A DNA stretch of 49,781 nt from an uncultured Gammaproteobacteria bacterium (GTDB lineage Bacteria; Pseudomonadota; Gammaproteobacteria; CAZYCO01): positions 1,590 through 51,370 of the forward strand of contig CAZYCO010000005.1 in the NCBI GenBank assembly GCA_964645885.1. The letters run 5' to 3'. The translations under genes and the position numbers were made by a program. A model generated the notes under the pieces. The model was given only the letters and a program-made list of their open reading frames with translations, was not told the origin of the DNA and did not search any database. Numbering within the stretch: the first letter of the stretch is position 1; each line of letters opens with the position of its first letter. Shown piece by piece: positions 1-10,648 of this stretch.

Positions 1-73
1 GAAGAGGTGTGTTTTTTTCTAGCATGAGAATTAATCCCCTTCTCTTCTGTCAGCTAAATTTTATTTTTATGTT

Positions 74-152
74 GTCATCCCGCGGCTCGACCGCGGGATC
101 CAGAATATTTTTTAGCATTATGCTGGATTCCGCGGACGAGCTGCGGAATGAC
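74..152. repeat. Inverted pair of GTCAT-hairpin-ATCCAG elements (repeat family 1) downstream of lpxA
   Basis: The unit at 74-103 is GTCATCCCGCGGCTCGACCGCGGGATCCAG. The reverse complement of 123-152 is GTCATTCCGCAGCTCGTCCGCGGAATCCAG. Each unit is itself a hairpin, and a third unit lies at 44573-44599. Confidence 0.8.
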
Positions 153-194
153 GACAAAATAAAAACCAACGCTAAATATATTTAGAGATAAAAA

Positions 195-983
195 TTATCT
201 TACTATTCCGCGCGTTGAATCTTGCAGTGCTTGAATTAAACGTCCGATTTCCGGTCCTTGATGCTGAATTTTTTCTAATTCGACTATAGCTTCTTTGAGT
301 GTTAAGCCTTGACGAAAAATAAGTCGATATGCACGTTTTAAATTTTCAATCGTCTCTGTTGAAAAACCATTTCGTTTTAAACCTTCGGTATTTAAACCAC
401 ATGCTTCTGGGGTGTAACCAGAAACTAAAATATAAGGTAATACGTCTTGAGTAACATAAGTTGCTTTTGCAACAAAACTATATGAACCAACACGACAAAA
501 TTGATGCACGCCTGCAAAACCTGCAAATGTTACAAAATCTTCGACAATAACATGACCTGCAAGTGATGCGTTGTTTGCAAAAACTGTGTTATTTCCAACA
601 ATACAATCATGTGCAATATGGACATAAGCCATAATCCAATTGTTATTACCAATCTTAGTTACACCACCACCTTGCACTGTGCCACGATTAAACGTACAAA
701 ATTCTCGGATAGTATTATTGTCGCCAATTTCCAGCGTTGTTTTTTCGCCATGAAATTTTTTATCTTGTGGAGCTTCACCTAATGAAGCAAATTGAAAAAT
801 ACGATTATTTTTTCCAATTTTAGTTGGTCCATTGATCACAACATGAGGGCCAATCCATGTTCCTTCTTGAATTTCAACATCTGGACCAATAATAGTCCAA
901 GGACCAATCTCAACATCACGAGCTATTCGCGCTGTTGGATGGATGATTGCGCGTTCATCAATCACGTTCACCTCGCTTTGCAC
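195..983 (-). CDS. lpxA: UDP-N-acetylglucosamine O-acyltransferase
   Basis: The ORF has hexapeptide-repeat left-handed beta-helix sequence and an LpxA-type N-terminus ([14 protein letters not shown]). It sits in the canonical position after lpxD-fabZ. The true start is probably the GTG at 965, preceded by GAGGTG, rather than 983. Confidence 0.93.
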   Translation of the reverse strand: MQSEVNVIDERAIIHPTARIARDVEIGPWTIIGPDVEIQEGTWIGPHVVINGPTKIGKNNRIFQFASLGEAPQDKKFHGEKTTLEIGDNNTIREFCTFNRGTVQGGGVTKIGNNNWIMAYVHIAHDCIVGNNTVFANNASLAGHVIVEDFVTFAGFAGVHQFCRVGSYSFVAKATYVTQDVLPYILVSGYTPEACGLNTEGLKRNGFSTETIENLKRAYRLIFRQGLTLKEAIVELEKIQHQGPEIGRLIQALQDSTRGIVR

Positions 984-1425
984 TCAGTAATTCAGCTGTA
1001 CATGCCATTTCACCATCCACTGACGCTGTAGCTTTTAATTTCCAAATTCCTCTTTTTTCCCACATAAATTCGACTTCTAAATGTAATTGATCGCCTGGTT
1101 CAACTACACGTTTGAATCTCGCGTTATCAATACCAGCAAAAAAATAAAGTGATCCATTTTTAGGTGTGGAGTCAGAAGAAACATAAGCCAAAATTGTTCC
1201 TGCTTGCGCAAGTGCTTCAAGAATAAGCACGCCTGGCATCACAGGACGTCCTGGAAAATGCCCCATAAAAAATTGTTCATTCATGCTGACATTTTTTAAA
1301 GCAAGAATGCGTTTTCCAGATTCTATTTCTAAAACTCTATCAATAAGAATAAAAGGATACCTATGTGGTAAGTGTTCAAGTACAGAAGCTATACGCATTT
1401 CTGTGTTATTCATTTCCGATTTCAT
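958..1425 (-). CDS. fabZ: 3-hydroxyacyl-ACP dehydratase
   Basis: It carries [13 protein letters not shown] and the [13 protein letters not shown] hot-dog motifs and lies between lpxD and lpxA. The start may be an internal Met at 1413 or 1398. Confidence 0.95.
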   Translation of the reverse strand: MKSEMNNTEMRIASVLEHLPHRYPFILIDRVLEIESGKRILALKNVSMNEQFFMGHFPGRPVMPGVLILEALAQAGTILAYVSSDSTPKNGSLYFFAGIDNARFKRVVEPGDQLHLEVEFMWEKRGIWKLKATASVDGEMACTAELLSAKRGERD

Positions 1426-2467
1426 GACTTGTATGTTTTACTCCTAATTGCTTTTCAAGATGTGCAATACGTCGAGCCATTTCGTCTAAATGTCTAAACC
1501 GTACTGTACTTTTATGCCAATCACGATTTGTTTGTAGTGCTGTTCCTGAAGAATAAATACCCGCTTTTGTAATTGAGCGTGTAACTTGCGCCATACCAGT
1601 GATCGTAACTTTATCGGTAATTTCTAAATGACCGCCAATACCAACGCCACCTCCGATTAAACAATAACGACCAATATGCGTACTGCCTGCTATACCAACA
1701 CATCCAGCAATAATTGTATGTTCACCAATACGAACACCATGACCTACTTGTATTTGATTATCTAATTTTGCGCCATTTTCAATAATGGTATCGTCAAGCG
1801 CACCTCTATCAATTGTGGTATTTGCACCAATTTCAACATCATCACCAATAATTACTTTGCCTAACTGTGGAATTTTTCGCCAAGCTTTACCATCTAAAAC
1901 AAAACCAAAACCATCAGCGCCAATCACTGCTCCACTATGAATAGCAACGCGTTTTCCGATTTGAGTGTTTGAATAAATTGTGACAGCTGGATGAAATGTT
2001 GAATCAGAATCGATTTCTGTATTAGTACCAATTATGCAATGCGCGCCAACTACAACATTAGCAGCAATTACAACGTTATCTTGAACTACACAGAATGCTT
2101 CTATTCTTGCAGATTTATCAATCTTTGCTGTTGGGCTAATAACCGCAGTCGGATGAATCATCGGTGTCCGATCTATTTTTGTTTCAAATAATTCAGAAAC
2201 TTTTGCATACGCTAAATAGGGATCAGAAACAATAATGCAATCGACTGGACTATCTATACTGTCTTCTTCTCTAAGAATAACAGCTGCAGCTTTTGTAGAA
2301 GTTAAAAACTTTTTATATAGCGGGTGATTAAGGAAAGTAATATCTCCGCTCGTCTCTGTAGAACGAGCGGAGTGAATCGGAGCAATGCCGGTGATCACTT
2401 TTGTTGTGTCGCCTTTGCACTTACCCGAAACAATGTCAGCTAATGCCTGTAACGTAAAATGTGGCAT
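1406..2467 (-). CDS. lpxD: UDP-3-O-acylglucosamine N-acyltransferase
   Basis: This 353-aa ORF has long hexapeptide repeats and an LpxD-type N-terminal domain. The skp-lpxD-fabZ synteny supports the call. Confidence 0.93.
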   Translation of the reverse strand: MPHFTLQALADIVSGKCKGDTTKVITGIAPIHSARSTETSGDITFLNHPLYKKFLTSTKAAAVILREEDSIDSPVDCIIVSDPYLAYAKVSELFETKIDRTPMIHPTAVISPTAKIDKSARIEAFCVVQDNVVIAANVVVGAHCIIGTNTEIDSDSTFHPAVTIYSNTQIGKRVAIHSGAVIGADGFGFVLDGKAWRKIPQLGKVIIGDDVEIGANTTIDRGALDDTIIENGAKLDNQIQVGHGVRIGEHTIIAGCVGIAGSTHIGRYCLIGGGVGIGGHLEITDKVTITGMAQVTRSITKAGIYSSGTALQTNRDWHKSTVRFRHLDEMARRIAHLEKQLGVKHTSHEIGNE

Positions 2468-2484
2468 ACGCTCAATTCGAATAA

Positions 2485-3012
2485 TTATTTAAGAGCTTTT
2501 AAAACATCTGCCGTAATATCAAGTTTGTTGCTTGCATATGGAATACGGCTTTTTTCAAAAATAAGATCATATTGATTTTTTGCAGCGATATCTTTGATAG
2601 CTTTATTAATTTTTCCCAAAATATCTTGTAATGCTTGATCTTGTGCGGTTCCAAAATCTTGTCTGAAATCTTCTTCTAAACGTTGTAAATCACGACGGCT
2701 TGATAAAATTTCGGATTGCAAATTACGTTGTTCTGCTTGAGTTAATACAGAACCATCACGTTTCAGCATTGCTTCTTTCTTTTCTAAACCTTGTTGTGCT
2801 GAACGGATCTTTTCTTCGCGAGGTTGGAATTGTTTTTTGAGTTTATCAACAGCTTCTTTTGCTTGAGGTGATTGCTGCATGATTTGACGAAAATCAATTA
2901 CTGCAATTTTTAATCCAGCTGGAGCAGCATCAGCAGCTTGTGTTTTGGACACAACACTCATTGATAATAATGTTGTAAACAAAACAACAAAAAAGCATTT
3001 GAAAAGTTTCAT
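2485..3012 (-). CDS. skp: Periplasmic chaperone Skp/OmpH
   Basis: A signal peptide (MKLFKCFFVVLFTTLLSMSVVSKTQA) is followed by K/Q/E-rich coiled-coil sequence, directly downstream of bamA. I rejected the 33-codon N-terminal extension in the ORF track because it overlaps bamA. Confidence 0.85.
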   Translation of the reverse strand: MKLFKCFFVVLFTTLLSMSVVSKTQAADAAPAGLKIAVIDFRQIMQQSPQAKEAVDKLKKQFQPREEKIRSAQQGLEKKEAMLKRDGSVLTQAEQRNLQSEILSSRRDLQRLEEDFRQDFGTAQDQALQDILGKINKAIKDIAAKNQYDLIFEKSRIPYASNKLDITADVLKALK

Positions 3013-3061
3013 AACAATTTTCTCCCGGTTTGATAATGAATTAGAACTTTCCTTAGTAACA

Positions 3062-5386
3062 TCAAAGTGGAACGGCAATCGTAAAGTCAAAGATACGTTG
3101 ACGATCTCCATCTTGTTTGTTTAAAGGTTTCGCGATACTGAAAGTAATTGGTCCAAGTGGAGAATACCAATCGATACCCAAGCCTGTTGAAAAACGCATC
3201 GGACCAGGATCTGTACCAGTAAACTCTGTACCACCTTTGTTATAAACGTTACCCACATCGACGAAAACTTGGGTTCGGAGCTTATCACGGCTCACCATGT
3301 TAGGAAATATAAGTCCGATGCTTCCAGCAGCAATAAAGTTACCACCCATAGGATCATCTTTTGAATCACGTGGACCTAATGAGAAGTTTTCAAAACCTCT
3401 AACTGTACCTGGTTCGATAATACCGCCGGCTAAATAGTTATCGTAAAACGGTACACTTTTGGTATTGCCTAAACCATGCGAATAACCAACGGTTCCTTTG
3501 GTATTAAATATAAAGCCGCTTAAATAACCAAGTGGGTAATACCAATGCGCTGCATACTGTGTTTTGTAATAAGTCAAACTATTGCTAGATGCAGGTGCAT
3601 TTAATGTTAAATCCAATTGTTGACGCAAACCGCTTGTTGGATATGGCACTTTGTCATAAGAGTTATAAATCCATGAACCAAATACTTTTGCTTCGCGGAA
3701 GCGTTTACCATATTTGTCTACAAAATCTTGAAGCTGTATTGCTGGATTGCTACCCAAGTTTTTAATTTCAAGATCAGCATATCCTAATCCGAATTTTAAT
3801 TTTTTTACGTCTGTTAACGGATATAACCAGTATAAGTTTCCACCAAATTGATCGGTGGTATATCGAGCAACATTTACTTTTGCTGGATCCGTTGTTTCAT
3901 AGAATGCATCGAATCCCATTCCAATCCCTTTCTCAGTAAAATAAGGATTGAAATAATTAAAATTATAAGCAGTTTGCACCGAGCTCATCTTGAATCCGAT
4001 ACCAACTGATTGGCCTGAACCTAAAAAGTTAGATTGATTCAAATTAATATTTCCGACTGGACCTTCTGTACCATAACCAACAGCAAAAATAGCTTCTGCG
4101 CCTGGTAATTCATTGACATTAAAATCTAAATCGACTTGATTATTTGTTCCTGGAACAGGACGAGTTTTTACATCTACTTTGTCAAAGTAACCAAGAACTC
4201 TTAATTGACGTTCTGATTCTTTAATTTTACTTGTAGACATTAAACTGCCTTCTTCTTGTCTGAGCGAACGTCTTAATACAATTTCAGAAGTTTGATAGTT
4301 ACCACTAAAACGAATTTGTCTAACATATAATTGTGGACCAGGCACAACTTTAAAACGCACAACTACTTGTTTAGTGTTGTCATCTATGATTGGTTCTGAC
4401 GTAACTTGCGCATAACCATAACCACGATCACCTACCGCATCACCAATTTCTTCTATGGCTTTATCGATATCTTCTTGAGAGTAATAATCATCAATATGCA
4501 AAGTTGTTATTTTTTTGCGTAACTCTGCTTCTGGTAAAATTAAATTTCCAGTTAACTCATAACCTTTTAATCGATAACGTTCTCCCTCAGTCATCTTTAA
4601 TACAATGGAAACTTTTTTGTGATCAGGTGTGAAATTGGTTTGAACTTCATCAAAACGAAAACGAACATAACCGCGATCTAAATAATATTGTTTAATCGCA
4701 TCTTTTGATGCTTCAAGTTTATCTTGTGTGAATTCGTTACTATGAGTGAAATAATTTAAAAGACTCCAAGTTGATAATTTCATCTTATAGAGTAAAACCA
4801 TGCTATTTGCATGCTGATTACCTATAAATTGAATAGATTGTACTCTTGCTAATTTTCCTTCATTTACTTGAATTTCAACTGCTACTCTATGGTTACCCAT
4901 TGGTTTAGTAACCACATTGACAGTCGCATTTTCTTTTCCTAAACGAACATATTCAGCTTCAAATATTTGTTTTGCATCTGAAATCATATTTGGTTTTAAA
5001 ACATTACCTTGAACCAAACCAATTTCTTTTAAAACTGCGTCAGATTGTTCTTTTGGAATTGCATCACTACCAAAGATCATCACGGAGCTAATGAAATTAC
5101 GCTCAAGGACATGCACGATAAGTGTATCGCCTTGATAATCGATACTGACGTCTTCAAATAAACCAGAAGCATATAAAGCTCGAATTGCTTCTGCACTTTG
5201 GTCGGTGTTCCAGCGTTGACCGGGTTTCACTGGAAGATAATTTAAGACAGTTTGTTTTTTGATCCCTTGTAAACCTTCAACACGAATATCTCTTACAACA
5301 ATTGGTACTGCCCAACTTTTTGAAACAAATACAAGAAGTAATAAAGAAAGTAGTAATTTCTTTAAGTTCATATTTTTTAATTTCAT
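3062..5386 (-). CDS. bamA: Outer membrane protein assembly factor BamA
   Basis: This 774-aa ORF has a signal peptide, POTRA-like N-terminal repeats and a C-terminal beta-barrel rich in G/Y/F strands. It lies between rseP and skp. Confidence 0.93.
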   Translation of the reverse strand: MKLKNMNLKKLLLSLLLLVFVSKSWAVPIVVRDIRVEGLQGIKKQTVLNYLPVKPGQRWNTDQSAEAIRALYASGLFEDVSIDYQGDTLIVHVLERNFISSVMIFGSDAIPKEQSDAVLKEIGLVQGNVLKPNMISDAKQIFEAEYVRLGKENATVNVVTKPMGNHRVAVEIQVNEGKLARVQSIQFIGNQHANSMVLLYKMKLSTWSLLNYFTHSNEFTQDKLEASKDAIKQYYLDRGYVRFRFDEVQTNFTPDHKKVSIVLKMTEGERYRLKGYELTGNLILPEAELRKKITTLHIDDYYSQEDIDKAIEEIGDAVGDRGYGYAQVTSEPIIDDNTKQVVVRFKVVPGPQLYVRQIRFSGNYQTSEIVLRRSLRQEEGSLMSTSKIKESERQLRVLGYFDKVDVKTRPVPGTNNQVDLDFNVNELPGAEAIFAVGYGTEGPVGNINLNQSNFLGSGQSVGIGFKMSSVQTAYNFNYFNPYFTEKGIGMGFDAFYETTDPAKVNVARYTTDQFGGNLYWLYPLTDVKKLKFGLGYADLEIKNLGSNPAIQLQDFVDKYGKRFREAKVFGSWIYNSYDKVPYPTSGLRQQLDLTLNAPASSNSLTYYKTQYAAHWYYPLGYLSGFIFNTKGTVGYSHGLGNTKSVPFYDNYLAGGIIEPGTVRGFENFSLGPRDSKDDPMGGNFIAAGSIGLIFPNMVSRDKLRTQVFVDVGNVYNKGGTEFTGTDPGPMRFSTGLGIDWYSPLGPITFSIAKPLNKQDGDRQRIFDFTIAVPL

Positions 5387-5444
5387 AACATGAATTTCTT
5401 ATTAGAATAAAATTTTTTGATGGCCTTCGAACTTATGAATGCCA

Positions 5445-6803
5445 TCACCCCAATAAACGTAAGATATCGTTATAAACCGCGATAATCATCAATCCTATGA
5501 CAATACTCAAGCCTATTTTAAAACTGAATATTTGTACTTGTATTGAAACAGGTTTTCTCTGAATAAATTCGATTGCGCAAAATAATAAATGACCGCCATC
5601 AAGTAAAGGAATAGGCAAAATATTCACAACAAATAAACTAATACTTAATAACGCTAAAAAACTTAAAAAATACTGAACGCCCATAGCTGCACTAATTCCC
5701 GCACTCTCAGCAATTCCAAGAACGCTACTCAAATTACTTAAAGACAATTGCCCAGAAATCATTTTCCACGTCATTTTCAATGTTAAAAATGTCATGGTAA
5801 ATGTACGCTCAATACTGACTGGAAACGCTTCTATGAATGAGTATTTAAACGTACGTTGTAACTCTTTAGGCCAAACTATAGGCTCTATTTCAATACCAAT
5901 ATACGTTTTGGTTATGCCTAAATTTTTTTTTGCTTCGGGAACTAAAATTACATCTTTTAATTTACCGCTACGTGCAACGGTTACTTTAATTGGTTTACCA
6001 ATATTATTTTTTAAAAAATTTTGTATTTGGTTCCATGGTGGTAATGGCTTGTGATCAAAGGCCACCACTTCATCCCCTACTTTTATACCTGCTTTATTTG
6101 CAGGCCCATCTTGCGCAACCTTTTTTATTTTAAATGGAATATTAGGAATTAATGGTTGAATGCCTAAGCTTGCAACTAAATCAGGACGGATAGGATCAAA
6201 CGTCCAATTAAGTAGAGATAAAGAATGTGTTGATAACATTCCATCAAAATTTTTTACTTTAACTTTCATCGTATCTTTTTCTCCGATACGTGAAAGAATT
6301 GCGGTATTAACTAAAGCCCATCCTGGTGTTTTGAAATCATCAATAGCAACAATTTCTTGATTTGGCATGAGCCCTGCTTGTGCTGCTATTGATTGTGGCA
6401 TCACTTTACCGATGCGAGGTATAATATCCTCTAGTCCAATCATGAAAGCGCCCCAATATAAAAATACTGCAAGCACTATATTGGCAACTGGTCCAGCTAA
6501 AATAACGAGTACGCGTTTCCAGACTGGTTGTTGATCAAATGCATAAGGTAAATCTTCTTTTGCAACATGCCCTTCACGTTGATCCAACATTTTGACATAA
6601 CCACCGATTGGAAATAACGCCACAACATATTCAGTATTTTTTTTATCTTTGAAACGAAGAAGCGGTTTGCCAAAACCGATAGCAAAACGTAAAACTTTAA
6701 TATTAAACAAACGTGCAACAAAAAAATGTCCCCACTCATGAAACAAAATAAGTAAAGTTGCTGCGAGAAGAAAAAATATAATTGAATAAAGAACCAACAT
6801 CAT
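5445..6803 (-). CDS. rseP: Site-2 zinc metalloprotease RseP
   Basis: It has an HEWGH (HExxH) motif in the first TM segment, a central PDZ region, and NILPIPLLDGGH near the C-terminus. The synteny is cdsA-rseP-bamA. Confidence 0.93.
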   Translation of the reverse strand: MMLVLYSIIFFLLAATLLILFHEWGHFFVARLFNIKVLRFAIGFGKPLLRFKDKKNTEYVVALFPIGGYVKMLDQREGHVAKEDLPYAFDQQPVWKRVLVILAGPVANIVLAVFLYWGAFMIGLEDIIPRIGKVMPQSIAAQAGLMPNQEIVAIDDFKTPGWALVNTAILSRIGEKDTMKVKVKNFDGMLSTHSLSLLNWTFDPIRPDLVASLGIQPLIPNIPFKIKKVAQDGPANKAGIKVGDEVVAFDHKPLPPWNQIQNFLKNNIGKPIKVTVARSGKLKDVILVPEAKKNLGITKTYIGIEIEPIVWPKELQRTFKYSFIEAFPVSIERTFTMTFLTLKMTWKMISGQLSLSNLSSVLGIAESAGISAAMGVQYFLSFLALLSISLFVVNILPIPLLDGGHLLFCAIEFIQRKPVSIQVQIFSFKIGLSIVIGLMIIAVYNDILRLLG

Positions 6804-7609
6804 AACAATGTCGCTTTTTCTAATATCATCAAACCTAAACCAAACACAGGTGCTGCTGCAGTTAAACCATCAATACGATCAAGCAAACCACCATGTCCTG
6901 GTAACCATTTACCACTATCTTTTACACCATGTAGACGTTTCAACATACTTTCAAGTAAATCGCCAAGTACAGAAAACAAAAATACTAACGCAAATAGACT
7001 TAACCATTGCAAAAGATGATGTCGTGTTAGTAATACATATTCTAAATACAAACCTGAGAATAAAATTGAAAAAGCCAAACCGCCCCAAAACCCTTCCCAT
7101 GTTTTTTTTGGACTAACCTGCGGCGCTAAAGCGTGTTTACCAAAAAAACGTCCAACGAAATAAGCACCACTGTCAGCAATAAACACAAGGATCATTAATA
7201 ATATTATCCATGGTTCATGAGCATTTGCTTTCAATTTGATAAATAAGTACCAAAGTGGGATCAATACTTGTGTTCCTAAAAATAATAGGACAACTGGTTT
7301 GTTCCAGAATTGAGTTTTTTCAGGAAAATTTTTGATCCAGAAGAAAGCAATTAACCACCATACAATTGCAAAATTAAAAACTACCATCGGGGTTAATGTC
7401 AGAGAACAAATAGCCATGAGTAAAACAAATAAAACATAAGCAATATGCTGCCATCGTTTATTTAATTGAGTTAAGTGGCTCCATTCATTTGCAGCAATAG
7501 CGATCAATGCCAATGAGATAACTGCAAACCAAATAAAATTGGTAAAGAGCACAAAAAATAACCCAAGTGGGATCAATATGAATGCAGTAATCAATCGTTG
7601 AGGCAACAT
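6800..7609 (-). CDS. cdsA: Phosphatidate cytidylyltransferase
   Basis: The protein is polytopic and carries the signature SMLKRLHGVKDSGKWLPGHGGLLDRIDG. Confidence 0.92.
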   Translation of the reverse strand: MLPQRLITAFILIPLGLFFVLFTNFIWFAVISLALIAIAANEWSHLTQLNKRWQHIAYVLFVLLMAICSLTLTPMVVFNFAIVWWLIAFFWIKNFPEKTQFWNKPVVLLFLGTQVLIPLWYLFIKLKANAHEPWIILLMILVFIADSGAYFVGRFFGKHALAPQVSPKKTWEGFWGGLAFSILFSGLYLEYVLLTRHHLLQWLSLFALVFLFSVLGDLLESMLKRLHGVKDSGKWLPGHGGLLDRIDGLTAAAPVFGLGLMILEKATLL

Positions 7610-7614
7610 CTTAC

Positions 7615-8364
7615 TTATGACTCCACTTGTTCTTGAACTAAACCAAAACGTCTTTGACGTTGTGCAAAAGCTTCGAGTGCATCTTTAAAACTTTGTTCAC
7701 GGAAGTCTGGCCATAACGTCTCAGTAAAATATAGCTCGGTATAAGCTAATTGCCATAAAAAAAAATTACTGATGCGTTGCTCACCACTAGTACGAATAAA
7801 TAAATCAGGTTCAGGTAAATCAGCTGTTGATAAATAATTAAATAATATTTCTGGTTCTAATTGCGAAAAGTTATCTGCAGCAATAGCTGGTTGAGACATA
7901 ATTTTTTTCATTGCTTGCAAAATGTCCCATCGGCCACCGTAATTAAATGCAATAACTAACTTTAAACCTTTGTTATTAGATGTCAGTTGTTCTGCATCAT
8001 GAATGGTTTTTTTTAATTTTTCTTTGAGTGGTGAAAGATCGCCGATAACACGAAATTGCACTTGGTTTTTATGTAATTCTACTATTTCTTTTTTAATAGC
8101 ATGAAAAAACAATTCCATTAATGCATTTACTTCAATAGATGGACGTTTCCAATTTTCGCTACTAAACGCAAAAAGACTTAATACTTCAATATTATTTTTA
8201 ATTGCTTGTTCTACAGTAGTTCTAACAGATTGAATACCAACTCGATGCCCTTCTACACGTGGTAAACCCTTAGATTTAGCCCAGCGTCCATTACCATCCA
8301 TGATAATTGCAATATGTCGCGGTAACTTTAATGTGTTCATCGAAAAACAACTTTTAAAAATCAA
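7615..8364 (-). CDS. uppS: Undecaprenyl diphosphate synthase
   Basis: It carries the [12 protein letters not shown] and [23 protein letters not shown] motifs. The start is either the TTG at 8364, which overlaps the frr stop, or the ATG at 8340. Confidence 0.93.
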   Translation of the reverse strand: MIFKSCFSMNTLKLPRHIAIIMDGNGRWAKSKGLPRVEGHRVGIQSVRTTVEQAIKNNIEVLSLFAFSSENWKRPSIEVNALMELFFHAIKKEIVELHKNQVQFRVIGDLSPLKEKLKKTIHDAEQLTSNNKGLKLVIAFNYGGRWDILQAMKKIMSQPAIAADNFSQLEPEILFNYLSTADLPEPDLFIRTSGEQRISNFFLWQLAYTELYFTETLWPDFREQSFKDALEAFAQRQRRFGLVQEQVES

Positions 8365-8918
8365 ACTGTCATTAAATCAGCTTCTTTATGTGCAATAATT
8401 TCATCAATTTCAGCAATATATTTATCTGTTAGTTTTTGAATTGAATCTTGACCGCGACGTTCATCATCCTCGCTAATTAATTTTTCTTTAAGTGCATCTT
8501 TGAATTCATTATTTGCTTCACGGCGAATATTACGTACCGCAACTTTTGCATTTTCACCTTCTTGACGAACTACTTTCGTTAATTCTCGACGACGTTCTTC
8601 GTTTAATGGTGGCATTGGTACGCGAATCAATTGGCCTGATGTTGAAGGATTTAAACCTAAATCTGATGTCAGAATAGCTTTCTCAATAACAGGAATCATA
8701 TTTTTTTCCCAAGGCGAAATGCTTAGTGTACGAGCATCTAATACATTGATATTTGCAACTTGGCTTAATGGCACATCATTACCGTAATAATTAACCGTAA
8801 TGTGTTCAAGTAAAGATGGATGTGCACGACCAGTACGAAGTTTTGCAAGCTCTGCTTTTAGTGTTGCAATACTTTTTTGCATACGTTGTTCAGATTGATT
8901 AATAACATCTTTAATCAT
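8361..8918 (-). CDS. frr: Ribosome recycling factor
   Basis: A 185-aa ORF with typical RRF sequence ([27 protein letters not shown]), in pyrH-frr synteny. Confidence 0.95.
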   Translation of the reverse strand: MIKDVINQSEQRMQKSIATLKAELAKLRTGRAHPSLLEHITVNYYGNDVPLSQVANINVLDARTLSISPWEKNMIPVIEKAILTSDLGLNPSTSGQLIRVPMPPLNEERRRELTKVVRQEGENAKVAVRNIRREANNEFKDALKEKLISEDDERRGQDSIQKLTDKYIAEIDEIIAHKEADLMTV

Positions 8919-9640
8919 GACTGCTTCTCCGAAGTCACTAATGTACCTTCACTTTCACCTTGCACTACTGCAAGTAAGGCACCTGATTTATTAAGATTAA
9001 AAACACGAAGTGGCATATTGTGATCGCGACAAAGACAAATAGCTGTTAAATCCATAACTGTTAGATTTTGCGCTAATACTTCATCATAAGTTAAATGATC
9101 ATAACGTTTCGCATTTGGATGACGACGTGGATCAGCATTATAAATGCCGTCTACTTGTGTCGCTTTCAATACAACATCAGCATCAATTTCAATACCACGT
9201 AAACATGCTGCTGAATCTGTTGTGAAAAAAGGATTTCCTGTTCCTGCAGAGAAAATGACTACTCTGCCTTGTTGTAAATGATGAATTGCTTTGCGGCGAT
9301 CATAATGATCAACAACGCCACTCATTGGAATAGCAGACATCACACGTGCAGGTACGCTAATTCGTTCAAGTGCGTCACGTAATGCAAGCGCATTCATTAC
9401 TGTTGCTAACATACCCATTTGATCAGCGCTAACACGTCCTAATCCTGCTTCTGCAAGTGCAGCGCCACGAAATAAATTACCACCACCAATTACTATGCCA
9501 ACTTCTAAACCTAAGGCATGAATTTGTTTAACGTCACTAGCAATACGATCTAGCACTTTCGGTGAAATACCAAATTGTTGTTCGCCTGCGAGTGCTTCAC
9601 CACTCAACTTCAGCAAAATCCGACGATAAGCAGGTTGCAT
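8915..9640 (-). CDS. pyrH: UMP kinase
   Basis: It has the amino-acid kinase fold motifs KLSGEAL and GGGNLFRG, in tsf-pyrH-frr synteny. Confidence 0.95.
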   Translation of the reverse strand: MQPAYRRILLKLSGEALAGEQQFGISPKVLDRIASDVKQIHALGLEVGIVIGGGNLFRGAALAEAGLGRVSADQMGMLATVMNALALRDALERISVPARVMSAIPMSGVVDHYDRRKAIHHLQQGRVVIFSAGTGNPFFTTDSAACLRGIEIDADVVLKATQVDGIYNADPRRHPNAKRYDHLTYDEVLAQNLTVMDLTAICLCRDHNMPLRVFNLNKSGALLAVVQGESEGTLVTSEKQS

Positions 9641-9692
9641 AACGTTTCCCTTGATGACTAGAAATTTTATTTTGAGTCTTTCATTTTCACCT

Positions 9693-9745
9693 TCACCTCT
9701 CCCGTATGCGGGAGAGGTCGAGCGCGTAAGCGATCGGGTGAGGGT
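9693..9745. repeat. REP-like element, family 3 (TCACCTCTCCC hairpin plus GAGCGC..GTGAGGGT module)
   Basis: The sequence is TCACCTCTCCCGTATGCGGGAGAGGTCGAGCGCGTAAGCGATCGGGTGAGGGT in the pyrH-tsf spacer. Related copies lie at 23080-23204 and 48034-48060. Confidence 0.8.
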
Positions 9746-9752
9746 TCCTTTA

Positions 9753-10631
9753 TTATCTATTTACTTGTGACATTACTTCTTGTGCAAAATCCGTTGTTTG
9801 TTTTTCGATACCTTCACCAACAACATAACGAATAAAGTGCACAACTTCTGCATTTGATGATTTTAATAATTGTTGAACTGTTATATTTGAGTCTTTAACA
9901 AAAGGTTGTCCGAGTAAACTTACTTCTTCTAAAAATTTCTGAATACGGCCTTCAACCATTTTTTTGATAATTTCTTCTGGTTTACCACTTTGTTGTGCTT
10001 GAACCATAAAGATTTCACGTTCTTTATCGATTAATTCTTGTGGTACATCTTTTGGAGACACAACTTGTGGATTAGAAGCTGCGATATGCATTGCGATATC
10101 TTTTGCTAATGTTGCATCGCTTGATTTTTGTAATTCCACAACAACACCAATACGACCACCATGAACATAATGACCTAAAATACCACCATTAGTTGTAACA
10201 AGACTTAAACGACGAACTCGAATGTTTTCGCCTAATTTGTTAATCAAAGCTTGGCGTGAATGTTCAACTGTTTCATTGCTTCCAGCTAAATTTTGATTTG
10301 AAAGTTGATCAATATCATCAACATTTGCTTCAAGTGCAGTTTGCGCAACTGCTTTTACGAAGTTCACAAAATTTTCATCACGAGCAACGAAATCTGTTTC
10401 GCAATTTACTTCAGCAATAATTGCTTTGTTGCCTTGCGATAAAATGTAAATCAATCCTTCAGCTGCAGTACGGCCAGATTTTTTCTCAGCTTTTGCTTTA
10501 CCTTGTTTACGCATTTCTTCAATTGCTGCATCTATGTCACCGTTTGTTGCTTCTAATGCTTTTTTACAATCAATGATAGGCGCACCAGTCATTTCTCTTA
10601 ACTTACCTACTAACGACGCTGTTACTGTCAT
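9753..10631 (-). CDS. tsf: Elongation factor Ts
   Basis: The N-terminus [26 protein letters not shown] is typical EF-Ts. A GGAG lies 6 nt before the ATG at 10631. The ORF-track start at 10646 is a TTG extension. Confidence 0.95.
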   Translation of the reverse strand: MTVTASLVGKLREMTGAPIIDCKKALEATNGDIDAAIEEMRKQGKAKAEKKSGRTAAEGLIYILSQGNKAIIAEVNCETDFVARDENFVNFVKAVAQTALEANVDDIDQLSNQNLAGSNETVEHSRQALINKLGENIRVRRLSLVTTNGGILGHYVHGGRIGVVVELQKSSDATLAKDIAMHIAASNPQVVSPKDVPQELIDKEREIFMVQAQQSGKPEEIIKKMVEGRIQKFLEEVSLLGQPFVKDSNITVQQLLKSSNAEVVHFIRYVVGEGIEKQTTDFAQEVMSQVNR

Positions 10632-10648
10632 AAAAATCTCCAACAAAA

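Noticed and set aside
1-25. A possible minus-strand gene start (ATG at 25-23 preceded by AAGGGGA; MLEKNTPL...). It could be lpxB or another gene running off the window.
   Set aside because: Only 8 codons are visible. Neither the identity nor the reality of the ORF can be supported.
792-1031. Many short ORFs in the track lie antisense to, or nested in, strong genes. Examples are 792-1031, 5794-6054, 6160-6360, 6497-6739, 6808-7116, 10666-10857, 11239-11487, 13523-13717, 17135-17338, 17600-17842, 18614-18877, 19583-20324, 21253-21471, 22221-22451, 25072-25287, 25722-25958, 27789-27971, 29462-29656, 30585-30776, 33137-33343, 35775-38294, 40751-41883, 42486-42773, 45252-45524, 45718-45918, 46541-46783, 47342-47767 and 48855-49163.
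   Set aside because: All overlap conserved, motif-bearing genes on the other strand or in another frame. They have low-complexity or hydrophobic nonsense translations and no ribosome-binding sites. They are typical shadow ORFs of AT-rich DNA.
2485-3111. N-terminal extensions of ORF-track models for skp, rpsB, tsf, sdhC, gltA, guaA, guaB, ccmF, ccmG and ccmH.
   Set aside because: The extensions overlap upstream genes or REPs, lack ribosome-binding sites, and precede internal starts. Those internal starts give canonical N-termini or signal peptides with good Shine-Dalgarno sequences.
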